Shown here: positions 11,232 to 25,819 of the stretch, piece after piece
Layout: each line of letters opens with the position of its first letter
Position numbering within the stretch: the first letter of the stretch is position 1
NCBI GenBank assembly: GCA_951406725.2
Contig: OX597826.1
Span: 42,036,001-42,100,000 of the forward strand
Direction: 5' to 3'
DNA length: 64,000 nucleotides
Source: Octopus vulgaris
Lineage: Eukaryota
Translations under genes and position numbers: made by a program
Notes under the pieces: generated by a model
Told to the model about the DNA's origin: nothing
Databases searched by the model: none
What the model saw: only the letters and a program-made list of their open reading frames with translations

Positions 11232-13014
11232 GTTTGTGTATGTATTCTTGTGTACGTGCCTATATGTATACACACCATCATTTCCTTTTCCTCTTTCTTT
11301 ATACACATACACAAACACAAGCTTATCTTTGATCTCCACATTCGAACTGTCTCTTTGGTAAAAGACACTCAAGATATCGCTCACTGGGATTGAACTAAGA
11401 ACCTCATTGTTGTGAAGTGAACGTCTTAACTATTGGCTACTACCAGTAATATACTGACAATACCACTTCTGTCAAAACTGTTTCTGCTTTTGTATCAAGC
11501 CCAAAAGGAACCAATGTAAGCAATTAGCATATTAGTAATTAGTTATCAAGATTAATTTTTCGTGGAGTAAGAAGACTAATTAGTCTCATGGATAGATTAT
11601 AACCTGCTGAATTAACTCAATCATTCTTATTTTAATGAACCCTGAAGAAATGAAGGATAATGTATCCCCTGTAGGGATTCGAATTTGCATGTAGTGAGAC
11701 GTTTAGTCCGGTGCTCTAACGACGACCTAATTATCGTATTTGAACTGATTTATTTATTTATTTATATAATTTCTGCGTTTTTACAGTTTTTCAAAACCCA
11801 AATCGATGTGTTTGAAATGAAATAAATTTTGAGATACTGAAGTCCAAAAGACCAGCGATTCTGTCAAGTTGCCGCCCTTACAAGATCACTACTCTTTAAT
11901 AATTGAGAAAGCTATTGCAGTTTTGGGACTTGGAAGCCGGCAAATGAACGTTCTTACAATAAAGCAGGTATGTTGGTGCTATGAATGGTAATTTATTTTC
12001 TCTTAATTCGTTTTGTTTTGTTTTTTTCTCACACTTGTTGGCCTCATTTAATTTGCCAAGGTTCACCAAAATCAAATGCAGTTTTTATTCTGCGTAAAGT
12101 TCATATGTGCAAACAAAAAATTCAATGAAGGCTATAAAAAAATAACAAAGAAACAAAAATGTATGTCAGTCAGCTTATTCAGCAATCTAATGAAACTCAC
12201 TTGGAAAAAAGCTCTACTACAAGGTCATTGTTATTGCTAGTGCTATTCAAGCCATTTCTGACTGAATACATCTCAGATAAAAGGTATTCCAGCCACGATC
12301 ATCACGATTATTTAACGTTATGTAAGGGTTGATCATCTTGTATAGCGGCCTTATTTCAGTGTGTGTGTCAGTGTGTGTAAGGGAGTGTGATTTGAGGGAG
12401 GTTTTCCAGATGATAAAGCGACGAGTAAAAGTTTTTGTCGTAAGTTTGTCTTGGTCATATTTTTTAAAAGGACAAAGTTTATAACCGACCGATATCGTGT
12501 CTCAGTATATAATAGGAAGTTTTTCATAAATGCATTCAGTTGAGAGGATCGAATCGTTTCGGTTTAATATCTTTTTCATATTTTGGTTTAAAAAACAATG
12601 TGTCTTACTCCTGACTTCCACTCCTTCGAAACCCAGCCATTGTTAAAAGAAGGCTTGGATGCAAAATTAATATTTATATTTTGCCATAATTAGGGAGAAA
12701 CAAATCTCGATAGTCTTGAAGGATAAATTTAAACACTACAAAGGATTTAATCCAGAGGTCAAATCTTTTGGCTAATTAAGTGGTCACTTGAAGAAGCAAA
12801 TACTTTCTTCACACATTATGTAGCATTGTTGCTGGTGTTAACCCATGTCTATAATCAAATTCTTTCCTGCAGTAACAATCACCTCTCTTTATCCTTGACA
12901 TAGTGTACCTAGGATTACATTATCCAACGCACTCTTCTTTTTGTCAAGATGGTAATAGGGTATTATAAGATGAAGCGTCAATTATTATTTCTTACACATA
13001 GAATAACCATATAT

Positions 13015-13242
13015 ATTTCTTTATTACCCACAAGGGGCTAAACATAGAGGGGACAAACAAGGACAGTCAAAGGGATCAAGTCGATTACATCGACCCCGGT
13101 GCGCAACTGGTACTTAATTTATCGACCCCGAAAGGATGAAAGGCAAAGTCGACCTCGGCGGAATTTGAACTCACAACGTAACGGCAGACGAAATACCGCT
13201 AAGCATTTCGCCTGGTGTGCTAACGTTTCTGCCAGCTCGCCT
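13015..13242 (-). mobile_element. tRNA-derived SINE family B
   Basis: Minus strand GGCGAGCTGGCAGAAACGTTAGCAC...GAGTTCAAATTCCGCCGAGGTCGACTTTGCCTTTCATCC; about ten copies in window. Confidence 0.85.
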
Positions 13243-15392
13243 CTATATGGTTTTAGAATAACCATACAGAGGAAACTATGTTAGATTGTAAAACTTCAGA
13301 ATCCAGTGCTACGAAGGTGTTAAAGGTACAATCGGCACCAGACAGATGGAGAGACAAAACATACTTATGAACAAAACGAAATTCAATGGTGCATCTACCT
13401 CGAGTCATTCTCCAGTCTCAACCATCATTGCTTACTTTGTCAGTCTTAGTTACGAAACGAAACTTGCATAAGCATACGCAGAATATAGTTCGAGTCGTAA
13501 TCACTGTAGCTTAGCGAAGTTTCATTTTCATTCAGTCTTATGCTACAGATCCAAAAGCAGCGACGGGGGGCGGGGAACCCTTCCCACTACCACCTCCGCT
13601 ACTGATTTTGATTTGATTGTCTGTTGGCTTCTGTTTGTCGTATTGCAAGAAATGATTTTCAGGAACTCGAAAGATGGTAAATATCTCGACGTGTTCACTT
13701 TTTCTCGTCTTGTTCGTTCAAATTCTTTCGTAGTTTCTAGTAAACCAAATTAAATCGACACCGATCAAGCGCTGGTATCGATATCTCGTCATAGAATCAG
13801 ATTTGAATTCAGAGGAAGAACTATTGCAAGGCAGTTGTTCGTTTCTCTGACGGTTCTGTCAATCTAATAACCAAAAATTTACGTGATCAAATAATTTGAG
13901 TCCTTCAAAATCTCTCTGTCGGTAAATCACATGGACGTTAAACATAAGAAACAGTGGAGGATTATCCGTCGATTTCGACGATGAACATTCAGTTGTTCAG
14001 TCAAATGGATTCCTACAAATGAAATCGTGTGAGTGGCTGAGCATGTTACAGGCTCGTATCTTAACATAACTCTCAAGCGAGCGGAAATCGGCATTACACT
14101 GTGAAAGGAGTTGAACCTTCGAGTTGTAGGTACAGAGTAAGTGAGGGAGAGGAAAAGCAAGAGAAAGAGGGAGAGGAGAGAGAAGAGAGAGGGAAAGGGA
14201 ATGGGAGGGAGAGATAGAGAAGAGAAGAGAAGAGGGAGAGTGGGGGGGAAAGAATCGACCTCAATACTTTACTTATTGATCGCGAAGCGATGAAAAGTAA
14301 AGTTGAGTTCAAATCTGAATTCAGATCTAAATCAGAACAAATACCTCAAAGTGACTCAGCTAATTCATTGTGCCCCAGCATGGCCACAGCTCGTGAGCTG
14401 AAACTAGATAAAATAAGATTAAAAAAATTAAAATATTAAAAAAAAATGATTGCTACGAGGATGAAAGATAGGCAAAAGCTCATTATAACGATCTAACTAA
14501 TGAACTACTAGTGTCCTGTTTTTCTTCTACGGGAATTAGAACTCACAACGCATGAGTTTTAATATATACTGCAAGGCACTGTGCTCAGCCTTCATCCAAC
14601 TCTGCCAAATAAAAAATATCAGCCGTACAAGACTGAAATAAAATACATAAAACGAAAAGCTTTAACTAAAGTATATATAAAAAGCAAAACTATTTTATTC
14701 TATGGAGAATTGAACCATTTATATCAGATTCCTGTTACTGTGGACAGAAATCTTGGTTTTTTTCATTTCATTTTTTTTCAGTGGAGGATTTTAATTACGA
14801 AATATATATATAAAAAAAACTTAATGCCTTTATAACTTATTGAAGTGATAGCTTAATAAAATGAATTTCGTGAAATCTCAAAACTTTTCGCAAATTAATT
14901 ACCTACACATACAAAAACATACATATAAATAAGCAGGAATACACATACATATATAACCACATGAAACGAGAAATGAGATTACCCAAAGGTACAGAACAAC
15001 ACACTAAATAACACAAAATGTCCCACATGTATATTTACACCCGTTTCTATGTTTAATTATTGAAAATTCACATGTATGTACATACATATACACTTATTGA
15101 ATTATGTTTACCCATACATTCACTCATGTAACGAAAGGTTCGTATGAAGAGGTGTATATATACACATACATATATAACTGTATTCAGTATGAGGGTATGT
15201 AAATAAATATGTATAGATATGCACACACATACACGCACACACATGATTTCTTTAGTCGCCATTAGTCGAACAAATCGACCCCATGACTTATTCCTTGTAA
15301 GCCTAGTACTTGTACTATGTATGTATGTATGTATGTATGTATGTATGTATGTATGTATGTATGTATGAATATATGTATGTATGTATATATAT

Positions 15393-15461
<69 letters not shown>

Positions 15462-15817
15462 ATAAACTCACTTGGAAATGTATGCGTAGCGTTCAATCAT
15501 ATCATAATAATAATAATAGTAATATATGTATATATATGCATATTTGTGTACAGGACGTCACAAAGCGTAAACAACATGAAATACGAAGACAACGAGAGAA
15601 ACAAATGGAAAACAAGCCAAGTAACATAAAGAACGATCCTTCATCAGTTGTCGGCTGTCCATTTACTCCTCATTTCGAGCAATTAGCGACAATATGTAAA
15701 ATTTGTTTCACCGCATACCGAAATTTAGAAATAGTAGTTAAAACTACTATTTCTTCACTACCATAAGAAAGCAAATTTTTGCTGAACCCTAATTATAATT
15801 ATACTCATAATTATAAA

Positions 15818-15848
<31 letters not shown>

Positions 15849-16283
15849 TTATAATTATGAGTATAATTATAATTAGGGGTCCTTTCAGTTTCCTTATGCC
15901 ATCCAATCACAAGGCGTTGGTGGGCTTGAGGCTATAGTAGAAGACAATAGCAGAAAGTGCCATGTAGTAAGACTGAACTCTGGACCATGTTGGTAAGCAA
16001 GCTTCTTAGCACACATCCACGAATGAGCCTTCACACACATACACACAGCATGCACACACACACACATACACACACACATGATCGCGCGCGCACACACACA
16101 CACACACACACATACACACACACACAACAGGAGATTACAAAACATTTTCCAGTCTCCAGTTTTAATAAATGATTATTCTGTAAAAAATATTTTTCAGCAT
16201 CAACGTACAACTTTGGAGTAGCGGAATAAACAGATATTCTTCAAAAGGACGCAGCTTGGGTTAGAGTCCTATCAACATAAATG

Positions 16284-16535
16284 GTGGCTGTCTGTTAAGT
16301 AGTTTGCTACCCAACGATATGGCTCCGGGTTCAGTCCCACTGTGTGACACATTGGGCAATTGTCAAACTGATTGAAATAAGTAACACAGTGACCGTCTTC
16401 CAAATCCGCTGAAAAGATTTTGGTCGGCCCGAGGCTATAGTAGAAGACACTTGCCCAAGGTACCACGCATGAGATCGAACCCGGAACATTGTGGTTGGGA
16501 AGCAAGCTCCCTACAAAACAGCCACACCTGCACCC
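16284..16535. mobile_element. Two SINE family A 5' fragments in opposite orientation
   Basis: Plus fragment ~16284-16360 and minus fragment ~16395-16535 match the family A head. Confidence 0.65.
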
Positions 16536-16821
16536 ATACGTAGTATACATATATATCCAAAACATGGACCAAGAAACGACAATAAAACATCCGGAGAGAT
16601 AGTCGATACGAAGACGGACAGGATAAAACAAGGATGGGCCATTCATGGCCTTCTCTCTTCAGTCAAGTTTCTAGATCATCCTTTCATTTTCAACCGGTTA
16701 TAATTCAGACTTTTCAAATCTGGCTGTCCCCAAAAATCTAAGTTAAGAGCATTAAATATTTTGGGAGAAAGCAAGCGAATGTGTGCGACAACATAAATAA
16801 ATCGAAGATAAAAAAAACGGA

Positions 16822-16889
<68 letters not shown>

Positions 16890-16964
16890 AGGTGAATGAA
16901 TAATCCTCCTATGTTTACCGTCAACATGGAAAATTCGGTGAACCGATACCAGGGTAGCAAATTC

Positions 16965-17048
16965 ACTTTCCTGATGAGAAGATTGCATCTTGCACCGTTT
17001 ATTCCTTTGGAATAAAACCATGTTGTCTTCGAAACATATGTTGAGAGT
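16965..17048 (+). ncRNA. Type I hammerhead ribozyme with 43-nt stem II insert, in a ~215-bp element between (TA)n tracts
   Basis: Stem I ACTTTC/GAGAGT; CTGATGA; stem II GAAGA/TCTTC; GAAA; palindromic stem III ACATATGT; GUU triplet. Confidence 0.85.
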
Positions 17049-17130
17049 AAAGGAATTTTGTTAACATCTTCGTTCAACTCCATTTATTTATTTATTTATT
17101 CATATATATATATATAAATATAGCGTATAA

Positions 17131-17200
<70 letters not shown>

Positions 17201-17283
17201 CGTATATACTTAGATATATGTATAGCGTGTATACAAAATGCTTTCGCTAATTGACGTAATATAATAGGTATGTACAGTATCTG

Positions 17284-17317
<34 letters not shown>

Positions 17318-17720
17318 CGGTAATTCAAAAATAGAACCCAAATCAACAAAAGTCAAATCAAAAGGACGTACTTAACGATATAATACATACATACATACAT
17401 ACATACATACATACATACATACATACATACATTCATACATACACGTATCTACATATAAATCACCATTCACACCTGCACCACCAACAACATGTCCTACTCG
17501 CTCGGATGAACTAAAAGCAATACGAACCGACTCATACCCACTACCAGCACCTCCATTAGAGACCACAGAAATTTAACGACTTCCGGCAAAATTCACATAT
17601 TCTGTCGCATTTATTTGATTTTTCCTTTGAAATGAACCTTTTCTTCTTAGTATTATCAATCTGACAGGCACATACGCATGCGTACGCGGCCATACGCATG
17701 CATACATGCACAGTTGCATG

Positions 17721-17752
<32 letters not shown>

Positions 17753-17815
17753 CATATGCATTTATACAGACACACACACATATAGATATATACATAAATG
17801 CATGCACATACACAC

Positions 17816-17866
<51 letters not shown>

Positions 17867-18356
17867 TAATACACAGTACACACGTGCATGTACACGCACA
17901 AAATTTACATGTATTCATATATACACGCACTTTATATATGCATGCATAGCTGAGTGCAGAGGTTGTGATTGCTTTGCCCATTGTCTGTGTTGTATGATGG
18001 AGACATGGATACATGCATATGTGTATATATATATATATACATACATACGTACATACATACATACATACATACATACATACATACATACATACATACATAC
18101 ATACATACATGTTATATAACGATATTATTTTTTACAATGGGGACTTAGAATTTCTGGTTATTCCCCAGGCTTCCATTAATGAGCATCAATGAAAAATTTC
18201 TGGTTGCAGTTGTTTTCTGACTGCTATTTTTAGCTTGCAAGTGCTACCTGTAGTACTCTTAATCATCAATACTTGTGTGTGTGTATCTTTTAAAATGTGA
18301 CCTCGTTGGCGATTTTTTTTCTCTGTCTTCCCTTCTCTAGATCTTTCTTCTCCTAT

Positions 18357-18391
18357 GTTTCCGACGAAGAGCTCCGCTCGAAACGTTAAAC
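18357..18391 (+). ncRNA. Minimal PLE-type hammerhead, CCGACGA core variant, in pLTR remnant ~18290-18495
   Basis: GTTT CCGACGA A GAGC-TCC-GCTC GAAAC GTT AAAC; identical copy at 24840-24874. Confidence 0.7.
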
Positions 18392-19049
18392 CCTCCTTCT
18401 TTCCTTCTTTCCTGAGTGTCCAATAATACTATATTTGTTCCACGTTCTCGCGTTGTTGTTTTTTTGTGTTTTCTTATTTGGATTAACTTTATGTACACAT
18501 ACATACGTGCTTGCATACATACATACATACATACATACATACATACATACATACATACATACATACATACATACATACATACATACATACATACATGTCC
18601 ATGTACTCGCACCTTAATTAACATACGCATACAAACCTACATAAAGCACCCACATACATAGTTCTCTCTTTCTCTCTTTTTCTCCCCCCACACGCACATA
18701 CACAAACACATATACACGCATATTCTTATACACAAGCACACATGCAAACATAAATATATACGTACGTAAAAACATACACAGGCATCAATATATACATACA
18801 TACAAATATACATACATACAAACAAGAGTAATGACGACCACACACTCTCTTGGCACACACACCCCTCACGCCCATCCCCCCAGCAATGGTATGTATAATG
18901 GCATTTACACATCTACACACTTGCTATTATCAATCAAAATATTATACACAGCAGTTAACTATTAACTATTTTGGGACGCACGTGTACATACACACATTCC
19001 TACACCAACATAGTTACATTCACAAACCTTTCGGTATATATATCAATAT

Positions 19050-19265
19050 ATTGGATTCAAGTTTTGGCACAAATTCAGCAAGTCTTTTGGCGGGGCTGAG
19101 TTAATTAAATCGACCCCAGTGTTCAACTGGCTCTTATGTTATCAACCCCGAAAGAATGAAAAGAAAAGTTGACCTCACTGGAACTTGAACTCAGAGCATG
19201 AAAAACAGACGAAATGTCGCTAAACATGTTGCCCAGTGCGCTAAAGATTCGGCCAGCTTACAGCC
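19050..19265 (-). mobile_element. SINE family B, diverged
   Basis: ATCGACCCCAGTGTTCAACTGG...GAACTCAGAGC...GACGAAATGTCGCTAA. Confidence 0.7.
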
Positions 19266-19559
19266 TTTATATGTATCAATATATTTACAAGTTTTTCTCA
19301 TGTTCTTGTCTTTCATTCTTTCGTGGTCGATAAAATAAATCTAGGGTTGAGGTAATCGATTTACCCTCTACCCAGAAATTGGTGACTTTGTGGCAAAATT
19401 TGAGATCAATATATTACAAGTTTTTCTCATTTTTTAAAACTATATCAGGTAATACATATATATATAATATAATACAGATATCATCTAACACGTACATAAT
19501 GGGCTAGATAGAAACACGTATAGCAACCCCCTATCCATCCATCCATCCGTAAATAGTTT

Positions 19560-20460
19560 CCCCATCAAGAGTGGCGTAACCGACTCTCTCTAAAACGAAA
19601 ACATCAGGGGCAGAGGTTTAAAATCGATTTAGACAGCTTTTGAATGCCACATCATATCCATTCGGCAATACCTTTTAACCACCAACAGTCGAAGCTCATC
19701 CATTGACCAAATATACAGGTGACATCATGATACTAGGAGGGCAGCTCCTCGAGAAACATTCCTTGTCTGATAACGTCGAATACATGCCCAAAGAAGTTGC
19801 TCAAATCTACTGCAACATAAAGATGAAAGGAAGAATAGATATCAGCAGAAAACTATGCAAGGTAGAAAGTAGTAGAACGGTCCAAGATGACAGCATGATT
19901 GATAACCAAAGCAGTCTATCATGGATGAACAACCGGATCATAACTCCCACTTTCAAGGTTATGCATTTGTAGCCCAGGAACAGGATATAGCTACCAATCC
20001 CTAAACACTAAAGAAACAAAGACGCAGGGAGAACACCGATACAAACTCTCTGGAGTTATTAGCAAAGATATCACCTACTTAATAAGCAGTTACTCAAAAA
20101 TGTCATCGCGTTATTAACTACCAATACGACATGATGTTCTGGCTGAACAATTAGCTCCAACGGAATGATAACCCTGAAATCAAATATATAAAAACCCAAA
20201 GCGGGGTGTAGACCAAAACTACTTATAATACACCAGGGAACAGGTGGAATGCCCCAGTGAAAACTTCAATAAAATGCAAACATAATACAACCATATATAA
20301 TAAATAATTTGGGACAAAGAAGTGAAAATGTGTAACAGTGATGGAAATCAACTGCTCAGCAGATGTTAACATAAAGATTAGCGAAAAAGAAAGCACCTGC
20401 GCTGAACTACTGAGAAATTCACAGCTACTTCAAGCGGAACTGTCAAAATATGTAAAACTT
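19560..20460 (+). mobile_element. R4/Dong-like REL-clade LINE 3' remnant
   Basis: Broken frames give DNQSSLSWM..ITPT, AQEQDIAT, PIRHD, WNAPVKTSIKCKHN, IWDKEVKMC, SADVNIKISEKES. Confidence 0.6.
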
Positions 20461-20551
20461 AACGAATTTTTAGCATATCCATATGAAATGCATATATATA
20501 TATATATCTATATATAACAAATGAACCCTGATTATAAAGTATATCTATATC

Positions 20552-20599
<48 letters not shown>

Positions 20600-20875
20600 A
20601 GTATGTATATATGTGTGTATAGATATATATATATATACACACACATACATATACATACATACATATATATATAAATTAATAAATAAATAAAACATATGCA
20701 TATATACATACATATATGTACGTAGCTACCTCTACATGTATATATACATGCATATATGGGTACAGGACACCAAAAAAACGTCGAACACAATGAGAAACGA
20801 AAACATAAACACAAAACCAAGGAAATGGACATTTTTCTTAACGAAAAAATAGAGTACAGGGCATACAAAACAAGG

Positions 20876-21009
<134 letters not shown>

Positions 21010-21014
21010 TATAT

Positions 21015-21508
21015 AATATTCTATAGTTATATACATAATTATAACAAGGGGTAGGCTTTATGCCTCGACAAGCACGGTAAGAAATAGACGCCAAAGGATT
21101 TTTTACTACCTTGATATCTCCGAGTATAACACACTTTATTGTAGGCAAGCAAAAGAAAAATATTGAATCAATAAGAAAGATATGAATTATGCTCGGAAGC
21201 ATAATTTTACGAGTGTGGATTGATATCGGATATACGATGACGGTGATCGCGTGCATATTCTGAAATACTCGTGAACTTATACGAAATACTATGCTGAAGA
21301 GTAACAGTGAGTAAAATTATCTTTTACTTTAAGTTCGAAACGTGTCCATAGTTTATCAGCCTTATTGATTTGTTATTTTTCTTTTACTTGCCTATTCTCG
21401 GAGATTTTAAGATAGTAAAAAAGTCTTTAGCGTCTATTTCTTACAGTGCATGGGGAGGCATAAAGCCGACCCCCTGTTTTAATTATGTATATAATTATAA
21501 AATATTTT
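21015..21508 (+). mobile_element. HHR-bearing element with ~150-bp imperfect terminal inverted repeat (inverted pLTR), next to (TA)n
   Basis: ~21015-21175 is the diverged reverse complement of ~21360-21508; HHR lies between them. Confidence 0.75.
21288..21352 (+). ncRNA. Type I hammerhead ribozyme
   Basis: Stem I ACTATG/CATAGT; CTGAAGA; stem II G(T)AAC/GTTC enclosing hairpin AGTAAAA/TTTTACT; GAAAC-GT-GTC; GUC triplet. Confidence 0.8.
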
Positions 21509-22335
21509 GTAAAATTTACCTATAAAGTTTTTAATTCCGCACTGGTTACCTGGTAAAATTATTATTGATTTTACCCTTTATTATTAAAATAATATTTGTA
21601 TATGTATGTGTATGTGTCTAGACGTGTAACTATATGTATGAGTATACAGAAATAAAGCAAAACATACAGACCTACGCATGAACTGACTCGAAATCGCTTT
21701 TCAGTTTCATACCAATAATTACCGGAGTAACAGGATATGTACGAACCCTGCCTGGACCAAATTATGGCTGAAATCAGGTTCTTGGAGCGGGGAATGCTAC
21801 GCCATAATTCACACGATACAAATAACAACAATATCACAACTTCAGAGATAAAGGACGATGAGCAAAAAAATATACTTCTTTCACAAACTTACTGCCAAAA
21901 AGGTGGCCAGTCAAATTTAACACAAAAGTAAAATTAGAAAATGAAGCATATCTACATGCACGCATGTAAGTATGTACACATTCATGCATATTCGATGAGA
22001 TGCGGAGTACTGATGTTAAAAGCCTGAAAACTGATAACCACTACCGAAATTTTTCAGAATTAGGTAATACAGTTGACTCAACAGGTAGTCGGTGTTTACT
22101 TGCTTCAAGATAAGATAGCATATCTAATAACATATAAATTCAGGAGAATTATTAGTTCCCCTTCTCCCTCGAGTCAGTAGCAATCACTAGGTGTTTGTTT
22201 GACGCCTCTCGAATTTCAATAAAAGAAGAGTCCATCGAAGATGAACAGTAATATGCGCGTTTCATCGTCTTCAGTGCTCAAATCCATGCCACTGACGAGC
22301 TTGAGATACCACTATGTGCCCGCATTTGTGTGTGA

Positions 22336-22384
<49 letters not shown>

Positions 22385-22391
<7 letters not shown>

Positions 22392-22552
22392 ATCAAAACT
22401 GTTTGATACAAACTCGTGGGTACTCTTGAGTTTCAATCGTGATGCTAGTTGTCAGCCATTTTAAATGCAAATTCAAAATGGCTGACGACTAGCATCACGC
22501 TTGAAACTCAAGAGTACCTACGAATTTGAATCAAACTGTTTTGATCCATACA
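22385..22552. repeat. ~165-bp imperfect palindrome with an HHR-like motif in each arm
   Basis: TATGGATCAAAAC...GTTTTGATCCATA; right arm GG CTGACGA..GAA ACTC-AA-GAGT A CC. Confidence 0.7.
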
Positions 22553-23082
22553 TGTAACTCCCAATAAACTGCTTTGTCTACTCACTCGTATGTATATATG
22601 TATATGTTGATGTATAATACACACACACACACACACACACACATATGTATATATATATATACGTATAATTAATAAAAAAAACGGAGAAAAAAGACAAGAA
22701 AAGCAACAATGCGAGACGTGGTACATGCAAAGTATTAATAAAACGCTCAGAGAAGGAAAGAAAGAGTGGTTGTTTTACGTTTTAAGCCAACAGGAGACAC
22801 AGAAAAGTCCAAAAGAAAAGGAAGGAGGAAAAAATCGCCAGCAGTCCTGTGTAGTATGTATATATGCATGTATATATTGTTGTGATCTCCTTCGGTCATG
22901 AATGACCATGGGATTGCACCTAGAAAGTTACCCTCCGAGGCACAAGTCTGGGCAAGGGTGTTTATGGAAGACCAGCAGTCACTCATGCATACCAGCCTCC
23001 CCTCTCCACGCCACCGATGTTATCCAAGAGAAAAGCAAAGGGGCCGATACAGCTTGGCGCCAGTGACGTTGCAGCTCATTTA

Positions 23083-23340
23083 TTAACGTGCAAGTGGCTG
23101 AGCACTCCACAGACACGTGTGACAAAGCTGGCCCTTTGAAATACAGATATAACAGAAACAGGAAGAAAGAGTAAGAGAAAGTTGTGATGAAACAGTACAG
23201 TAGGGTTCACCTCTACCCCTTGCCAGAGCCTCGTGGAGCTTTAGGTGTTTTCGCTCAATAAACACTCACAATGGGAATCGAAACTGCGATCCTTCGACCG
23301 CGAGTCCGCTGCCATAACCGCTGGGCCATTGCGCCTCCAC
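23083..23340 (-). mobile_element. tRNA-derived SINE family C, deleted copy
   Basis: Minus head GTGGAGGCGCAATGGCCCAGCGGTTATGGCAGCGGACTCGCGGTCG; matches 33366-33751. Confidence 0.8.
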
Positions 23341-23371
23341 GCATATATATATATATATATATATGGATGTA

Positions 23372-23457
<86 letters not shown>

Positions 23458-23636
23458 ATAGTTCAAAATCGACCTGATATTATATACTCATATACACTCT
23501 TACTGAGGCAGAGAATTTAAGAGGATTGCTAAAGACATTATTTCAATTCTAATTTATTTATTCATCAAAATATCATATTACAGAAGTATTTCTGCGTGAT
23601 CTATATACACAAACACGAGCGTGCGCGCACACACAC

Positions 23637-23690
<54 letters not shown>

Positions 23691-23730
23691 TGCAAACACA
23701 TACATACGACCCGTTATCTCACTATCTATC

Positions 23731-23766
<36 letters not shown>

Positions 23767-23965
23767 TATATATATATATACATACATATATATATATATG
23801 GATATAGATATATGATTTATATTTGAATTTATATATTATATATATATATATATATATAGATAGATAGATAGATATAGATATATCCAACTCAGACGCGACA
23901 GTGATGAGAAACACACGCTTAAATGCGTGTAAGCTAGCATGCGTATACGTGTGTTCATGTGTTCA

Positions 23966-24057
<92 letters not shown>

Positions 24058-24437
24058 TGTGTGTGCGCGTGCACGTACACAGTTTTGACTAAGCATAAAA
24101 TGAATGTTATAAAAAAGATTAGATTGAAACTGTAAGCGTTACACTTTCCCCAAGAGTATTGGTGGCATAAGAAAGCGAAGTCGGTCAACGTTGTAATGAA
24201 ACTATGTCGCTGCCTCAACTAGCAGAGAGCTTCTTTTACTTTAGACAAAGTTCTCTTCATTAAAATGGCAGCTTAATTATTCTCTAGACGTTTATACAGG
24301 CGCACACACTCATGCACGCACACACACACAGACACACACACACACATACATGCACGCAGTAACACAGACACACATATTTGTAATTATGTATGAATATATG
24401 TACCCCCTCTCTCTCTCTCTCTGTCTGTCTTTCTCTG

Positions 24438-24504
<67 letters not shown>

Positions 24505-24839
24505 TGAGTGAGTGAGTGAGTGAGAGAAAGAGAGAGCGGTACATATATATATATATATATGTATGTATATATATATATACAGACACATACGTAATTAAAT
24601 ACACTCTCTCTGTCTCTTTATATTTCTCACTCTCTCTATATATATCATATACTATAATATAATATAAATAATATATAAATAATATATAAATATAAATATA
24701 TAAATAATATATAATATATACGTATATATGTATATATTTAGTTAATCCAAACATGAAAGCACAAAAAAAACACAACAACGCGAGGACGTGGAACAAATAT
24801 AGTATTATTGGACGCTCAGGAAAGAAGGAAAGAAGGAGG

Positions 24840-24874
24840 GTTTAACGTTTCGAGCGGAGCTCTTCGTCGGAAAC
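24840..24874 (-). ncRNA. Minimal PLE-type hammerhead, CCGACGA core variant, in pLTR remnant ~24740-24945
   Basis: Exact reverse complement of 18357-18391; flanks also homologous. Confidence 0.7.
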
Positions 24875-24946
24875 ATAGGAGAAGAAAAGATCCAGAGAAG
24901 GGAAGACAGAGAAACAAAATCGCCAACGGTACACGCGCGGTCACAC

Positions 24947-25597
24947 ATGCATATATGGGTTCAGGACATCACCAACGGTTCAAATAACATGAAATACGTA
25001 AACAAGCGAATCAAATATGTAAACAACGAGGAAAAAATGGAAAACTGGACAAGTAAACACAGAGAAAGGGCTCCTCATCAGTTTTCGGTTGTCTATCTAC
25101 TCCTCATTTCGAGCATTCGACGACAATATGTGACTTCAAAGACGTTTGCTCCCATAAATTCTAAAATAAAATTTAGGATTTATGGAGGTCAAAGTTGGGA
25201 ACAAAAACGTGACAGTGGAGACATACAAGGAAACCGAACGAAAACAAACATGGAAGGTCGTTAGATCAGAACGAGAGGACCATAGCGAATGCTGTCAGAT
25301 ACATTTCTTTTTGAAAAGAGAAAAGATAGAAGAGAGAGGGAAAAAAACACGTCCTAGCTTTTGAACGTCCGAGCCGGAAAAGGAAAAGAAAGATGGACGA
25401 TGGTCACCTGTGAGCAACGAGAGAAAGAGAGACAAAAAGCGGAGTAGATAGACAGCCGACAACTGATGAAGGGTCCTTTCTTTGTTTACTTGCCCTGTTT
25501 TCCATTTCTTTCTCGTTGTTTGTGTACTTAACTTGTTTGTTTACGTATTTCTTGATATTTGCATCATTGGTGAAGTCCTGTACCCACATATGCATGT
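24947..25597. mobile_element. Element with ~150-bp imperfect terminal inverted repeats, probable PLE end with inverted pLTR
   Basis: ~24947-25100 is inverse to ~25440-25597; related single arm at ~15535-15700. Confidence 0.55.
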
Positions 25598-25665
25598 ATA
25601 TATTATATATTATTTACTATTTATTATTTAATTGAACGCGACGCATCGACTTCCACATGTGTGTG

Positions 25666-25766
<101 letters not shown>

Positions 25767-25819
25767 AGGAGTATCATTTTTACAAAGTAAACAAGTTGTA
25801 CATAGCGCTGCATGGATAA

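Noticed and set aside
22245-22280. Minus-strand CTGAAGA-CGAT-GAAACGCG
   Set aside because: No stem II, no UH site and no stem I.
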